Notes: a model not told the origin generated them from the sequence alone. A stretch of DNA of 64,000 nucleotides from Camelus dromedarius (GCF_036321535.1 NC_087436.1:83020001-83084000), one strand, 5' to 3'; positions 11,129-23,829 are shown, counted from the stretch's first letter. Translations and numbers: made by a program.

Positions 11129-13719
11129 GTCCTCAACACTGAAGAGCCCTAAACAAGTGCACTCTGTTTATTCCAGTTTAAAATACATATATTTAAAAGG
11201 CTGCTAAAAAATTACACTGAGATACCTGACCAGCGATTGCTTGGGGCAACAGTTAGGCCAATTAATTAAGTTCAAAGATTGACGAAAGATCCTGAGTCCC
11301 TTGGCTCAATTCCTCACTGGACACCCCAAAGCCATTTATACAAAAATAGATAAAATGGTCAGGGGATAAAAAGAAAGGTTTCTGGGACTCCTTGTAAGAC
11401 CAAGACTGGCTGATGGGGTCCTAATGGAGGATAAAGTTAAAGGTTAAGAGTTGATAGAATTGAAATGAATGTTTATAAAAATTGATATATTTGAACTGGC
11501 TTTCTATAAGGTGGTTACATCTCTTTTGCCTAATCATACTATGTGACAAACAACAGGTCTCACTGGGGAACACTTCCCCTTGCCTGGTATAAGACAGGGC
11601 ATATAAATATGTTCCTCAGGCAATACTGATTAAACATACTAAAAAAATCCATAGGGTTATCTGCGTCCATACACAATATGAAATAAAACTCAGTGCTAGT
11701 ATTCAGGGGCTAATATAAAAGCAATAATGGAGAATTTTTGCCCCTAGGGTAAATTGCTCTGGGTTTAATTTGTACACTCTGAAAGAGGGCCTTTATTGAA
11801 TACCTTGAGCAAACTTTTGAAGGCGTGATAAATTGAACCCTTAAGTTTTAGAACATAGAACTCTTGATTTTCCATGTAGTTGGAAGTCTACTTACTGATA
11901 AAAAAAAATCGAATTAAAGAAAATGTAGCTGGGAAAATCAATCTTTTATTATCACTTAGGCAGCAGACCAGTTCTCTGGGGAATTTAAAAGCAACTGTCT
12001 TTGTCTTGCAAATCTCTACAAATCAGGTATGTAAATACAGCCCACAAGGACCTGAGACTGAGCTGAATTAGCTCAATCAGGTAGAACCTGAAGACCCCCA
12101 CCTCCACCCCCCAAAAAAGGGAAAAGAGCCTTTTTAAACTCAAACAGCTAGAAAGACTCCCTCAACAAATCTAATTCACAGCTTCCTTAAGGATTTATCA
12201 AGAACAAATACAAATCTTAAAAGTCTTTTCCACAAATAGAGAAAAGCTTTCGTCATCTGAGCAAATAAATTTAACTTGTTCCAGTTGTTATTTATGAACT
12301 AGTAAGTTTATAATGTAATAACCGATTGATGACTAAGTTTTGAAATGAAGCTATGAGATCTGTAGCTATGTTTGTTTTTATGTCTTTCATGGATAATCTA
12401 AACATAATTGCAATTTAATAGATATAAATGAGGTAAGAGCTTTTAGGTAAATTATTTAAGAATAATTATGTTTTATGCTGTGTCTACTTAAAAATGGTTT
12501 CTCCAGATTTTTGGTGACTTAAAACGTTAGAGTTTTGCTAAGTTAAGTGAAATGATGAAAATTTATTCAATGTATAGATCACTCCCAAATAAAATGAGAT
12601 ACTGAAACATTTATTACTCAAGAAAGGCTTCCTTTTACAGAGAAACTTTTTAGGTGTATTAACAAAAATGTTTGATATCGCAATAAAAAATTTTCTATAA
12701 AAAAGTCTGTGTTTTAGAAATAAACAGTATTTGTGATTTTGCCAATCTACAGAATAATACTGTGAAAGTTTATAATAATTGCTGACTTCTTAGTTTTCAC
12801 TAGAAATTAAGGGTTTCAAAAGAATTTTGATTAATACATGTATTTGAGACAACTAAAACTCGTAAGGAAAATATCTTTCTATGAAAGGAAAAAGGGTATA
12901 AGAAATGGAAATACATTTCATTAAGGGAAATGAAAGTAATTTTGTCCTGGAGACAAAGAAAGAAAGGAAAAGCATAGGACAAAATCTGAAAATAAGAAGA
13001 AAGTTACAGAAGGTCTGTGGAAATGAAACCCTGAGGAAAGCGTTCTGTATATCATCAGGGCTGGCTAAGATTAAAATAAAGTTTAACTGAGTAAATACAC
13101 CTCAATATTAAAAGTAAGCTAGCATGACTAACATAAATGCAAATCTGAAATTTAACTGAATCTTTTTATCACTGTGAACTCAATCAACAGGCACTAAAAT
13201 TATAACTAAAATAGAGGGGAAATGTCCAAATTTTCTGGATATTCAGGAGTCCTCTTAGCACACAAAAAAACAAGAGAAATGAAGATCTTGCCTAAAACCC
13301 TTTCTTTCAGAATGAGAAAGATTTGCCCCAGGATGGGGTGGATGGAGGTGGGGAGTAGGGGACTGGGACCTCATAATTTATACATCTGAAAGATATGACC
13401 CACACATAGCTCCCCTTCAACCATCAGTCAGGACATAGTTTAAATAAAATAAGCTAAAAAAAATTCCTACTTTCTTATCAGAGCCTGAATAAATAAAAAT
13501 TAATGTATTCATTCTGTTTCTTATGTAAGCACTTACAGATCATCATTTGAGAAAAACTGGGAACTTTTAAAATTCTAAACCCTGTCAATTTCATTTCTTT
13601 CCCATAAGAGGCTGAACCTAAATTGGCAACTACAACTGGGGCCTCTAGAGTGTTTGAAATTAAAGGCATTACTGATTTTGGAGAGATGCATTTACTAGGT
13701 CACAAATCTATTGAACTTA

Positions 13720-14792
13720 AAAAGCTCAAAGAAACTCCAGCAACATACCTAGTACCCAGATCTTGGTTTCTTGTAACAGTCTCCAAAAAAGGGAACCAAA
13801 GTGTCTTGAAGAAATGGCTGATTCCATGGCTGGGGCATGAAAAATATAAAAATGAGCCTGGAGCTTTTGTGATGCCAGAAAGTAAGGAAATGCCTTTTTT
13901 AAAAAATGGAGTAGGGAGGTGGTCTGTCAAAAGGGCACAGGAGCCAAGCTGGAAGAAGAGCTCCCAGTGGCCAAAGGTGGGACAATTTGAGCAGCAAACT
14001 AAATGATGATGTATTGGATTACAATGCATATAATAAAATAAATATTGATGAGTGTGTACTGATAAAAATAGTTGAATAAATAAATGGTGAAAGAACATCT
14101 GTTCCTTACAGAAGCATTCTCATTAATAAACATAGAAGAAATGAGAAAACCAATTTTAAAATCATGATTAGAACAACACAGTTTCATGTACATCCAGTTC
14201 TACCAATGGATGCTAAAACTAGTGATTAAAAATTTAAGGAAAAACAGGGTATTTACATAGTCCAAGTTTCTCTCCCAAGATATCTACTAAATACAAAGGG
14301 AAAAATAGTAACTTTACAAGGGGGACCTGGCAAACAGCACTTCATGAAGGTTTACATCAGTAATAAGACATCATGGACCCCTGATATGATGCACTGGAAT
14401 TACTTATAGTATCTCTTCCCAAAATACATAACTTCAATCTAAGCATGAGAAAACACTGAGTACTAATTGCAGGACATTCTACAAAATAACTGACCAGCAC
14501 TCTTCACAAGTGTCCAGGTCAGAAAAAACAACAGAAGGTTGAGGAGCTGCCACAGATTGGAAGAAATTAAGGATATACAACAATCAAATGCAGTTTGCGC
14601 TCCTAGGCTGCATTCTGAACAAAAAGAATAGTGAAAAGCTGAGGAAATCCAAATAGTCTATAGTTAATAGCATTTACCAATGTTAATCCATTAGTTTCAA
14701 CAATTAGTTACATAAGATGTCAGAGGAACTCTCTGAACCATTTTTTTTTGCAACATTTCAGTCTAAAATTATTTCAAAATAAAAAATTAAAA
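13720..14792 (+). mobile_element. Ancient L1MC-like (L1MC4/5-type) 3' region
   Basis: 'cctagtacccagatcttggtttc', 'gaaatggctgattcc', 'gggacaatttgagca', ending 'gtctaaaattatttcaaaataaaaaatt'. Confidence 0.75.
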
Positions 14793-15837
14793 TAATGAAA
14801 TAACCTCAGTATTTCCCAATGCTTCTAATGCAAGTGTAATATTAGACTTAAAATATCATCTTTATTCTTTAAAACTTCAAGACCTATACCACATAGCCAC
14901 AGCTAAATGTATTTTGAAATACATTGACACTTCAAAGGTATCTTTTCCTTGTTTCTCTAACATATTTTAAATTAGCTGAAATTCAAATGATAGGAGAGCT
15001 GTGATATCTAAAAACCAAGTGTAGGGGCTATCCTTATCACACTGACAGGGAAGAAAGCAGGAAGTTTACATTTTGTAAACTGCTCTCCAGGAGCAATTTG
15101 CACCTCTTCCTTGTTTAGGTGGCAATTATGAAGGGAGAGGAGAATAGCAATTTGATTTCTGTTGAAAAATTAAAACCTCTTGAATTTTTCTCCAGATTGG
15201 GTGGCATTCTAGGAGGCAAGATAGAACACACCCATCTAACTGGGAGAGAGTGAAGGTATATATCTAAGCATGAAATCAGAACACAGTGAGTGGTTTGTAG
15301 CTCCAGGAAAGAGCAAAGTAGAAAGGATGGATCTATACTGGAGCAACTGGAATGAGTCAACTGGCCATTGGTTGCTAGTTACATCTGGGAGTAAATCTCA
15401 CTGCATATGTCAAATGGACTCTACTCATACCTTAGATTCCAGATAGAAGCAGTGAACAGTTTAGTATGATAATACTATTACTATTAAGCTTTAGGTATGG
15501 CTGAAATGATACCCTTCGATTTTTAACTAAAATTAGCTTACTAGTTCATGGTTTCTGAAGCACATGTTTTATTTGAGGTAACCATCATATGAGGTATCCT
15601 GGGAAGACATCTAACCCATGTTATGAAACAGGAGAAATGGATCAGAAAGATTATTAATCAAAGTAGATGGCAAGTTTGCAGAAACCTTCACTGATGGATC
15701 AGGTAAGAATATGAAGTGTTCTCAGCATACCTGACACTCTGTACTACTGTTCTGGCACTTTCAACTAGCCCAGATTCCACTTCTGGACTCAAATACAATC
15801 AGACCCCACCCATTCAAACTCATACATTCTCTGGTCC

Positions 15838-15935
15838 TGTGAAGAAACTGTAGTCCAGAGAGATGAGGAGACTTCATCAAAAGTAGAAAATGAAGAAATG
15901 GCACAGTTTATAGAAGCACGTTAGGTCTGGGCCTC
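15838..15935 (-). mobile_element. MIR fragment
   Basis: 'gaagaaactgtagtccagagagatgaggagactt' resembles the MIR core. Confidence 0.45.
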
Positions 15936-16032
15936 CCTCTCCCTGTCAACTCACACACTCTTTCCATGGCCCTGTGAGCTGCTTTGTGAACATGTAAGGA
16001 AAATGTGAAACAAATGACCAGGCTAGATCCAA

Positions 16033-16150
16033 AAAAGAAAAGAAAAGAAAAGAAAAGAAAAGAAAAGAAAAGAAAAGAAAAGAAAAGCAAAGCAAAGCAA
16101 AGCAAAGCAAAGCAAAGCAAAGCAAAGCAAAGCAAAGCAAAGCAAAGCAA
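16033..16150 (+). repeat. Compound pentanucleotide microsatellite (AAAAG)11(CAAAG)12
   Basis: Counted directly: AAAAG 16033-16087, CAAAG 16088-16147. Confidence 0.97.
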
Positions 16151-17149
16151 GGATTGGTGAACTCCAATTACAGTTCAATATGGTTTTTTTGTTCCAGCTA
16201 TAAATGACCCTGAGACCTCTCAGCCTCCTCTATAAATACCAAACTCCTAAACCTCCCTGGAAGGTTTAGTGCGAGCATAAACTGAGAACAGATGTAAAAA
16301 CTACCTGCACACAGCAAGCACTCACCAGTTAATGGCTACCTCCTTTATTACTCTGAGGACCGGATGATCTTGTATTAACACATTCCAAACTAACACGGGG
16401 TGATTGAGGAAAAGGGGTAAAATGAAACGCTTCCTTCTCCCTTTCTAACTATTCTGTTGTCCCTCTAACTTTTCTACCCATCCTGTTCCCTAGGGTCCGG
16501 TCAGGGTGGAGCCAGGGTCAGGCTGTGCAGAATAGGAAGAGAAGAGGCAGAACTCCTGTGTAAAAGTATCTGATGAAGTTTGGATACCGTTCCAGCAGTC
16601 TTTCCTCTTTCCTTGTAAGACACTCAGCTCAAGTGTCTTCAGGGGGCGATCACAGCGGTTCTTGTTTTCTGGAGACTTCCATTTTTACACTTCTGGGAAA
16701 AACTCAATGCCTATGAAATGACACAGAAATACCTAATGCTACCTGGGCCTATGCACTAATTTCCAGCCAACTCCTCTTCCAAAGACTAACGGGTCTTTTC
16801 AGTTGCCAGTCCAAAGGGACTGAGCTAGGGATCAGCATTTTCAACAAGGTTTCTGACCTTGCCAAGATTTCATTCCACTCCTCCTGCTGAAAACAAAACT
16901 TCTTATTTGAAATCAGGATGGGGGCAGCATTTTTGCTTAACCCACACCCACCCACCTCAGTTTAAACTACAGTACACTAATTTTCAATGCAATGATTCTC
17001 TGAATATTTTCTTTATTTCTATAAACAAGCTAACTCTGTGGGTCAAAAATTAGATATCCACTTTCTTAACAGTCTCCTAGTGAGGTAGAATATCTGCTTC
17101 CAAAAAACCAGAGGGGGTGGGGGGACTATGCTGAGAAGGGGGAGTGAGT

Positions 17150-17275
17150 GTTAATAGGTTTTTAGGGGAGAGGATGATGAAAACATGATGACTGCACAAA
17201 CTGTACACTTTAAATAGGTGTGAACTGTATGACATGTGAATTATATTTCACAAAGCTGTTGTTGGGGAAAAAAAA
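17150..17275 (+). mobile_element. Old L1M 3' terminal fragment
   Basis: 'ctgtacactttaaataggtgtgaactgtatgacatgtgaattatatttcacaaagctgtt'. Confidence 0.6.
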
Positions 17276-19139
17276 TGAGGCCAAAATCATCTAGACAATT
17301 TATCATTATTGGTTCACATCGTGGAGTGAAGTGGGAACTGATTTTTTAAAGGATAAACTTGTACTTCCTGTAGACCCATATATCCTACATCCTATATCCT
17401 ATAGAGAGGATGGCCACTCAGATTCTTTAATTTGCACTAAAAGATCACAACCCTAACCTATAATCTCAGTAATAAACCTTCCCACTTGAAATAGACTTCA
17501 ACAGCTGCCAAACTTCTATCAAAAATGCTTGAGAGAAATACAGAGTATCTGAAGGACAGGTCTACCTATCCCTCTAAAAAAATCTAGATTCCCAAACAAG
17601 CCCTAAGTAGTCAAACAGCAGCATGTGTGACCATAGGGGCTTAGCATCCAACAGGTGTTTCTTATAACACTTACCGTAAGGAAAATCACAACTAGTGCAT
17701 GTAGTCCTAGAAAACACAGTGGTGCATGTACTATGGGATGAGCCCAAAGGATGCTCTCCCACTGCCATTTTTCAGTCTCCTTTGCATCCTTCTGTGACAC
17801 AAAACATCTCCCTCAGAAGTAGATGCCGGGAAAAAATCTTCTCCAAGGAGCTCGTATATTTCCTGCCTTTATCCTCATTGAATTGTATGACTGATCAGTC
17901 CCTTTTTGTTTTGGCCTCCAGGTTGTAACTTTAATTTCCTGTCCACAACTATTCTAATCTGCTCCCCTAAACTGCTCCCCTATTCTTGGTGTATTTTATT
18001 TTCCATTTGTAATACTTATGTTTGCCTCAAATGCTTTATGAGTGCTTAATAAAAATAAATGCAGAAATCCATTTTGGCTGTAAGTGTATTTTAATATCAT
18101 TTTGATGCAAAAGAATGTGTTTTCTAAGGAAGCTCTTGCTGAGTGCCAGGGTCTGGAATAAAGACCAATAAACATTTGTTACTATGAAGTTTTTTTTTCT
18201 TTTTTCTTTTCTGAAGTATGGAGTGAGCTTTTATATTTCTATTAGGCAAGAAAAATAAAACGTAAGCAATAATACAGGTTTTTTAAAACTGCCAGATTTG
18301 CAATATAGTTTTTTCAGTCATGTATTTTCCTGTATTGTTCTAACGTCTTCAGAATTATTTTTATTAAGTATTGTAATAAGCTGGTTAAATTTTTCAAGTT
18401 ATTAAAAGTCAACTATCCACAGAAAAATTACAAAAGACAGCTCAACAACTCTTTAGCAAACCATCTAAAGTTATGGACAAACTTTACGTCCTGGGGGAAG
18501 AAAAAGACATAGAATATGTTGGTTAATCCCTTTAAAGTAACAAATTTCTCTCTCATCTTGTAGTAACTTCCATACTCAATAAGGTTTTATCCATCCCATA
18601 CCAACTCTAGTTTCATACATTTGGAGAAAGGTAAAAGTTTTACCAGTGGGCTCTTAACACACACTACCAGACACGGAATTGGTTGCACCAAGACATTGTT
18701 TTCTGGAAAAAAAAGTCTAAATTTTCAGTCTATTTCATACTTTCAAATGAAAAGTATGGGGACTGGGAAGAAATAATTAAAACCTAAACATCTCATTTGT
18801 ACAATTTCTGTTTTCTACCAAATGTTCACGCAATACCTACGAACCTTTCGTGCCACACACATCTCAAACGGCTTTCACAGTTTACTCACTCAGCTTAGTA
18901 GCGGTTCAGTTTAACCAGGGGCTTCAATCTCAGGAGCTGCTACGCTCAGAGGCGAAGTACGAACAATCATTTATATAAACTCTGAGATGAGTCAGCGGGA
19001 CCTTCCAAACATACCCTACGGAAGCAGCTCCTACTTAACAAAGACATCAAGCATCTGCACTGTGCTTTCTAAATAGTGGAGAGCTTTTCCAAAAACTCCC
19101 TGCTTCCTTTCCAGGCTGCCCCCTTCCAGCGTCTCCCCA

Positions 19140-19660
19140 GACTCTGTCGCACGGCCGAGGACTCCCTCTTCCGTCTCGCGCGCTCTGGACTCAGTCTGGA
19201 ACGGCGCAGGGCTCAGGACACAAACCGCGCCGGCAGCAAAACCGGGCCGGGGTCGGCCTTCCGCTACAGATGTTCACAGCCCGGCGGGCAGCCCACCCAC
19301 CGCGCCCGCGCGCTCCCGGCGAGCCCCAACTCACAGGCGCAGCGGCGGGTCTGGGAAGGCGCTGGCCCCGAGTTATCTTCACGGCCACGGGCGGCGGGCG
19401 GCCAGCCAAGCGGTCCGGGCAGCGAGCGGCGAGCGCCAACAACACCGACGCCGGCTTCACCTTGCACGCTTCGGGCTCCGGGAGTGGAGGGCGCAGGGAG
19501 GCGGCCCCTCCTCCGCGCCGCGGCTCCCTCGGGGTCGGTGCCCGCGCGCCAGCGGAAGGCGTGGCGCCGCCTGCCCGGCAGAGATAAGCGAGCGGACCCA
19601 GCCAGACGCTGGACCTGTCACCCGCCCGCGGGGCCCGAGTCACGACGATGACTATCCTGG
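19140..19660. promoter_or_regulatory. CpG island / promoter
   Basis: The only very GC-rich, CpG-dense, repeat-free stretch in an AT-rich, CpG-depleted window; GC-box-like, ETS-like (CGGAAG) and GATA motifs. Confidence 0.92.
19335..19480 (-). other. Putative non-coding first exon of an unidentified minus-strand gene
   Basis: Minus-strand donor CGCCT|GTGAGT (actcac at 19329-19334) inside the CpG island; 5' end only estimated. Confidence 0.5.
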
Positions 19661-20759
19661 AGCATGCAAGGACAAAGCAGAAAACTCCTGTCTCTAGGGT
19701 TTGTAGGAGACGGACAGTGGCGATTAGTCCAGGGAACCACTAAACTGATAAATACCCGCGCTGACCTAGATGGATTTGGTCAAAACCGGTGTCCCACACC
19801 CCTAAGCACCAGAGGACATTGACACCGATTTTTTTTTCTGTCATGCACGTTGTCCACCCCAGAGCAAGTAGGCGGTCTCTATTGAATGAGCTTCTGAGAG
19901 ATCTGGTGCGAGCGGCCCAGGGCCAATAAAATCAGGAACCGAATCTAAGGGTGGGGGGAAGGGGAAACCAAAACATTTTGAATGAAAATATTACAATAAA
20001 CAGTTTAAATGTGTTCTTTACACTCCTGTAATAAATACTTATGTTCAGTACACTGATCGTGTGGAAAAGCTAGAAAGTGATTGTGCAGATTCAGGAAAAG
20101 GGTTCCAAATCTCATCCTAATACTTTCATTGCCATCAAATTCTGTTTGAAAAATTCAGATTAAAGTAGGCATTTCATAAATGTATTGTATTGTAAAGAAA
20201 TGAGTTATTTCAACGTATAAGGTAGCATTTTATTTTGGGCTAATTATTTTCAAATGTCCTGCTCCCTCTTTTATTGTTTGGTTATTTGAGGTAGTAATAG
20301 AATATTAGGGAGGGAGAGGACCTTACTAATTTTACAGTTGAGTCACCTAGTTCAAAGGAGACCATTTAGCACAAGGACAAAACTTAGTAGGATAAGCGGG
20401 TGACTCAGTTTCTCAGACCCCACCCTCTGCTCTCCACCTCATCACCTCTCTGAACTGCCCAGTATTTATAGAGCTGGGTTATTGGGACTCCACTGAATGT
20501 GTGTGTTTTTTGTTTTTTTGTTTTTGCCTTTAACCCTTTATTTTACTTTACTTTGTTGTTTTTTCCCTGAATGTGTTCTTAATCTGGCACTTTTACTTTT
20601 TCAATTAACTAAACTTTTTTTTATCTCTCTCTCATTACATACCAAGCAAGAAAAAAATTAAAATCGCCTGTAACCCATCAGCCACATACCATCTGCTTTT
20701 AGTCTTTTTCTATGCACACATATTTCCTCAAAAAACAAAAATGGGCTTACATACAAAGT

Positions 20760-21000
20760 ACAAGGATGAAAGTCATCATCTCTGGAGTCAGATAGCCTAT
20801 GTTTGAATCCTGGTTCTCCCCAACCCTGGAGACTTGAACTTGAACTAGTTAGTTTGTCTTTAGGTGGTTACTGGTAATCAGGGGAAACAATCTCTCAGGG
20901 TAGAAAAGATGAAATAAGATAATGTGTGTTAAGTACTGAAGTGTGTGTAAAGAAGTCATTATCACTGGTTAGCAGTCAATAGATTGGTAGCTATTATTAT
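20760..21000 (+). mobile_element. MIR
   Basis: 'tctggagtcagatagcctatgtttgaatcctggttc...gatgaaataagataatgtgtgttaagtac...tagctattatt'. Confidence 0.75.
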
Positions 21001-21009
21001 TTTCTAAAA

Positions 21010-21500
21010 CCGCTATATTGCAAACATGGCTCCCTATGATTCAGTATCTTTTTACAATTTTATATTTAATGGCTGCATGGTATTCAGTCGTTTGTTATGT
21101 GCCGTAATTTAACCAATCTTTCTGTTATTCACAAAACACCCTTGGAGCTGTTATTGCACATACCCAAATAAATTCCAGACCAGGAATCCTGAGGCAAAAG
21201 GTATGCTCATTTTAAAAACTTTAATACACATAACTAATTTCCCACAAAAACTTTCTGCCAAATTCAACCTCCTAACAATTTAAAAGATTGCCTGTTCCCC
21301 TAAATTCTGACAAATATTGGATAAGATAATAATTTTAATTTTTTTAATTTGATAGGGAACAAATGGCACATCAGTGTTTTAGTTTATAGTTCTCTGACTT
21401 AGCAAGAGTGAGCTTTTTTTAATGTTTCATGATCATTTGTGGTTTAATTGTAAATTTTCCATGTAAGGCTTTTCCCCAACTCTTTCTATTAATTTCTTAG
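21010..21500 (-). mobile_element. Degraded L1ME-like fragment
   Basis: 'ttaatggctgcatggtattc', 'gaggcaaaaggtatgctcattttaaaa', 'aaatggcacatcagtgttttagttt'. Confidence 0.55.
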
Positions 21501-22727
21501 ATGGCAGAATAATAAACAGAGTGTGGATCTCTGATGATATCACTGATCTGCTGGACTATCTCCAGGCTGGTTGAAGTCACTGTCATGTTTTATGTGCCTT
21601 GCAATCAATTATCAAAATTAGGATTTCTTTAGGATCTTAAACAAAAGCCTTGGGGCCATCTAGGGTCCACACCCTTGATACACACACTAGAGATCTTAAA
21701 TGGGCACTGGAAGGGGTGAGGTGTCACCATGTGCTTTTGTAGGCAGTGCACATGGACATAACTAGACAAATCAAAAAGATGCCTTCAGGTAAAGGGAGCC
21801 AACAGACTCACTCATGAAATCACTTGAGCCTCATTTTTGAAAACTCCAAAAATAACTAGGAGACTTTGGGGGTGGGGGGTGGGAGATGTAATTCTCCTTT
21901 CCCAGAACCATACTAGTGAGGGGCTTGCTTGTATGGTTTTCACAGGGGTATCAGTCCTTGATGAAATGTCAGCAACAGATGGTTACAAATTTGTTTAGTG
22001 TTAATAAAGGATATGATTTATTATACAGAATGGCAACCAAAGCAAAATCAAAAACAATCTTCTTATTAAAGGAACAAACTTCCTGAGCCTGTAACTCCAA
22101 CAATCAGGCAACCTACTATCAAAGCTCTCCTATGGACCTAAGAGAAACTCTCTTCATCCTTCTCATAGGATTTTTGATATCCTCCAAGCCTCTCCCAGAT
22201 GCCCTGAGTTCTCTATTTGCCTGCCTGGCCACCAAGTGCCAGGTAAGGACCGGTAAGGACCCAGTCTGTTCCCTGGCCAATTTCCCCCTGGCAAGTCCAG
22301 GTTTCAGGGCAGGGTTTATTATAGGCCTGGAGGCATTTGGATTATGTATGTAATATCTATATTGGATCCCAGTATACTTATTTTCACTACCACTCCAAGT
22401 TGAAGCAAATAAAAAGCAGTGCAAGAGACTGTATGCACCATGATCTCCCACAGCTCTGCTTACAGCTACCAGGGGCCTTTGATCAGCGCAGTGAGAGACT
22501 GGTCAGTGGTAATGGCCTGAGCCATTATGAGCACTGACGAGTAAATGAAGGAATGGAAACAGAGTACAGACAATTCTTACCAAAGGTCTCCAGGAAGGAG
22601 TATACCTAAAGGCTATCTTGGGGTTCAGAGAAAATATTTCTTATTTGGTTTAAATTAGACAGGCCAGAATATGTGTGCATGCCAAGAGGACAAGCCATAA
22701 GAAAGGAAAGTGGTTACCTGGTATAAT

Positions 22728-23368
22728 TGAGACAGAAGTGAAGGGAGCAGGGCACAGTTATTCAAGGAATGACAGCAATTAACACCAAAATGGTAGAAGA
22801 TTCAACTCCCACTAGGCCTTGAAGATTGAGATGGCTGGAGGTTTGACTTCTAGTAGACCTTGAGCTTCATTATATACTCATCTTAACATATTAGCATGAT
22901 AAATACCATGCCTACAGGCACCATGACAGTCACAAGGCTAGCCACGAAAGGTCAAAGAGTGGGCCGTGGCCCAGTTCCTGGGAATCCCCGCCCCTTTCCC
23001 AAGGGTAGTTGGAATAGTCTTCCCATTTGTAGGCATGTGAAGCTACTGAGCCCATAAAAACTGGCAACACCACGCCTCGTGGCCGCCTCATCTCTTTGGA
23101 GATGGCCCGCACTCTGTCTATGGAGTGTGTACCTACTTTTACTTTAACCTGAGCACCCAACCCCCACACCTCATGGCCTTTCTCTTGCCTTACACTCTAT
23201 GTGGTATGTATCTCTCTAAATAAATCTACCTTTACTCAACTGTGGCTCGCTCTTGAATCCTTTCCTGTGCGAAGCCAAGGACCCATATCTGGCAGGGCAC
23301 ATCCCAGGGGCTTCACTGAGACCTGGGACACAGCCCTCATTATGCCCCACATCTGTTTTTCCTGCACC
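22728..23368 (+). mobile_element. MER41-like solo LTR (copy 3)
   Basis: Starts 'tgagacagaagtgaaggg'; contains 'ctctgtctatggagt', AATAAA and 'cttgaatcctttcctgtgcgaagccaaggaccc'; homologous to copies 1 and 2. Confidence 0.85.
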
Positions 23369-23829
23369 TAAATTGGTAGAGGAAAAGTTTTTCCTCTAAC
23401 TCTAATAAGGGACCTAGAGAGAAAGACATTGCATGGCAACACCAAGGACCCCTAAGATTGGATTCTATAAATGTGATGGCATCAAAGCCACAAATGGGCA
23501 TGGTTTTCCCAAACACAAAGAAGTGACGATAGAGAAGGTCAGAAGGATGAATAAATTCTAGGATGTGGTTTTGCTGGGTAGGTAAAGCAATAGAAAAATG
23601 GAGCAAGAGATAAGTAGGTGAAGTGATTCACCACAGGAAAGTGAAGCCAGGAAGAGACAGGTAGAAGGGGGGCTTAAGAGGGGTCAGTCACTTGGAGGCT
23701 GAAAAGCTGAAACAGGAGCATGAAGTTACTGAACAAGAAACTGGCATTTAATATTGGCATTCCAGGTTTTGACAAGGTCCCATGGTTTGAATGTGACAGT
23801 AGGATCATGGAAATGGAAAGAAGGTATAT

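Larger units (their letters stand above)
5324..13150 (+). mobile_element. Outer non-coding ERV1 provirus remnant: 5' LTR 5324-5795, PBS-like leader, A-rich internal sequence; interrupted by an L1 and a related ERV
   Basis: LTR ends 'ttcttcagttgacc', then 'attctggcgaacagtaaagggacccagagcagacttctcc'; internal segments 5796-6960, 8175-8459 and 11129-11395 are collinear with the inner copy; no long ORF; no 3' LTR seen. Confidence 0.8.

Noticed and set aside
15731..15837. Minus-strand exon-like segment (cacag|...CAG|gtatgc)
   Set aside because: The acceptor lies in a MIR relic, the donor is moderate and there is no other support.
15908..16167. ORFs with LCFAL/FFSFL repeats
   Set aside because: Translations of the microsatellite.
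19076..19651. Overlapping 105-191 aa ORFs on both strands in the CpG island
   Set aside because: Arg/Pro/Ala/Gly-rich, expected from stop-codon scarcity in GC-rich DNA; no recognisable domain.
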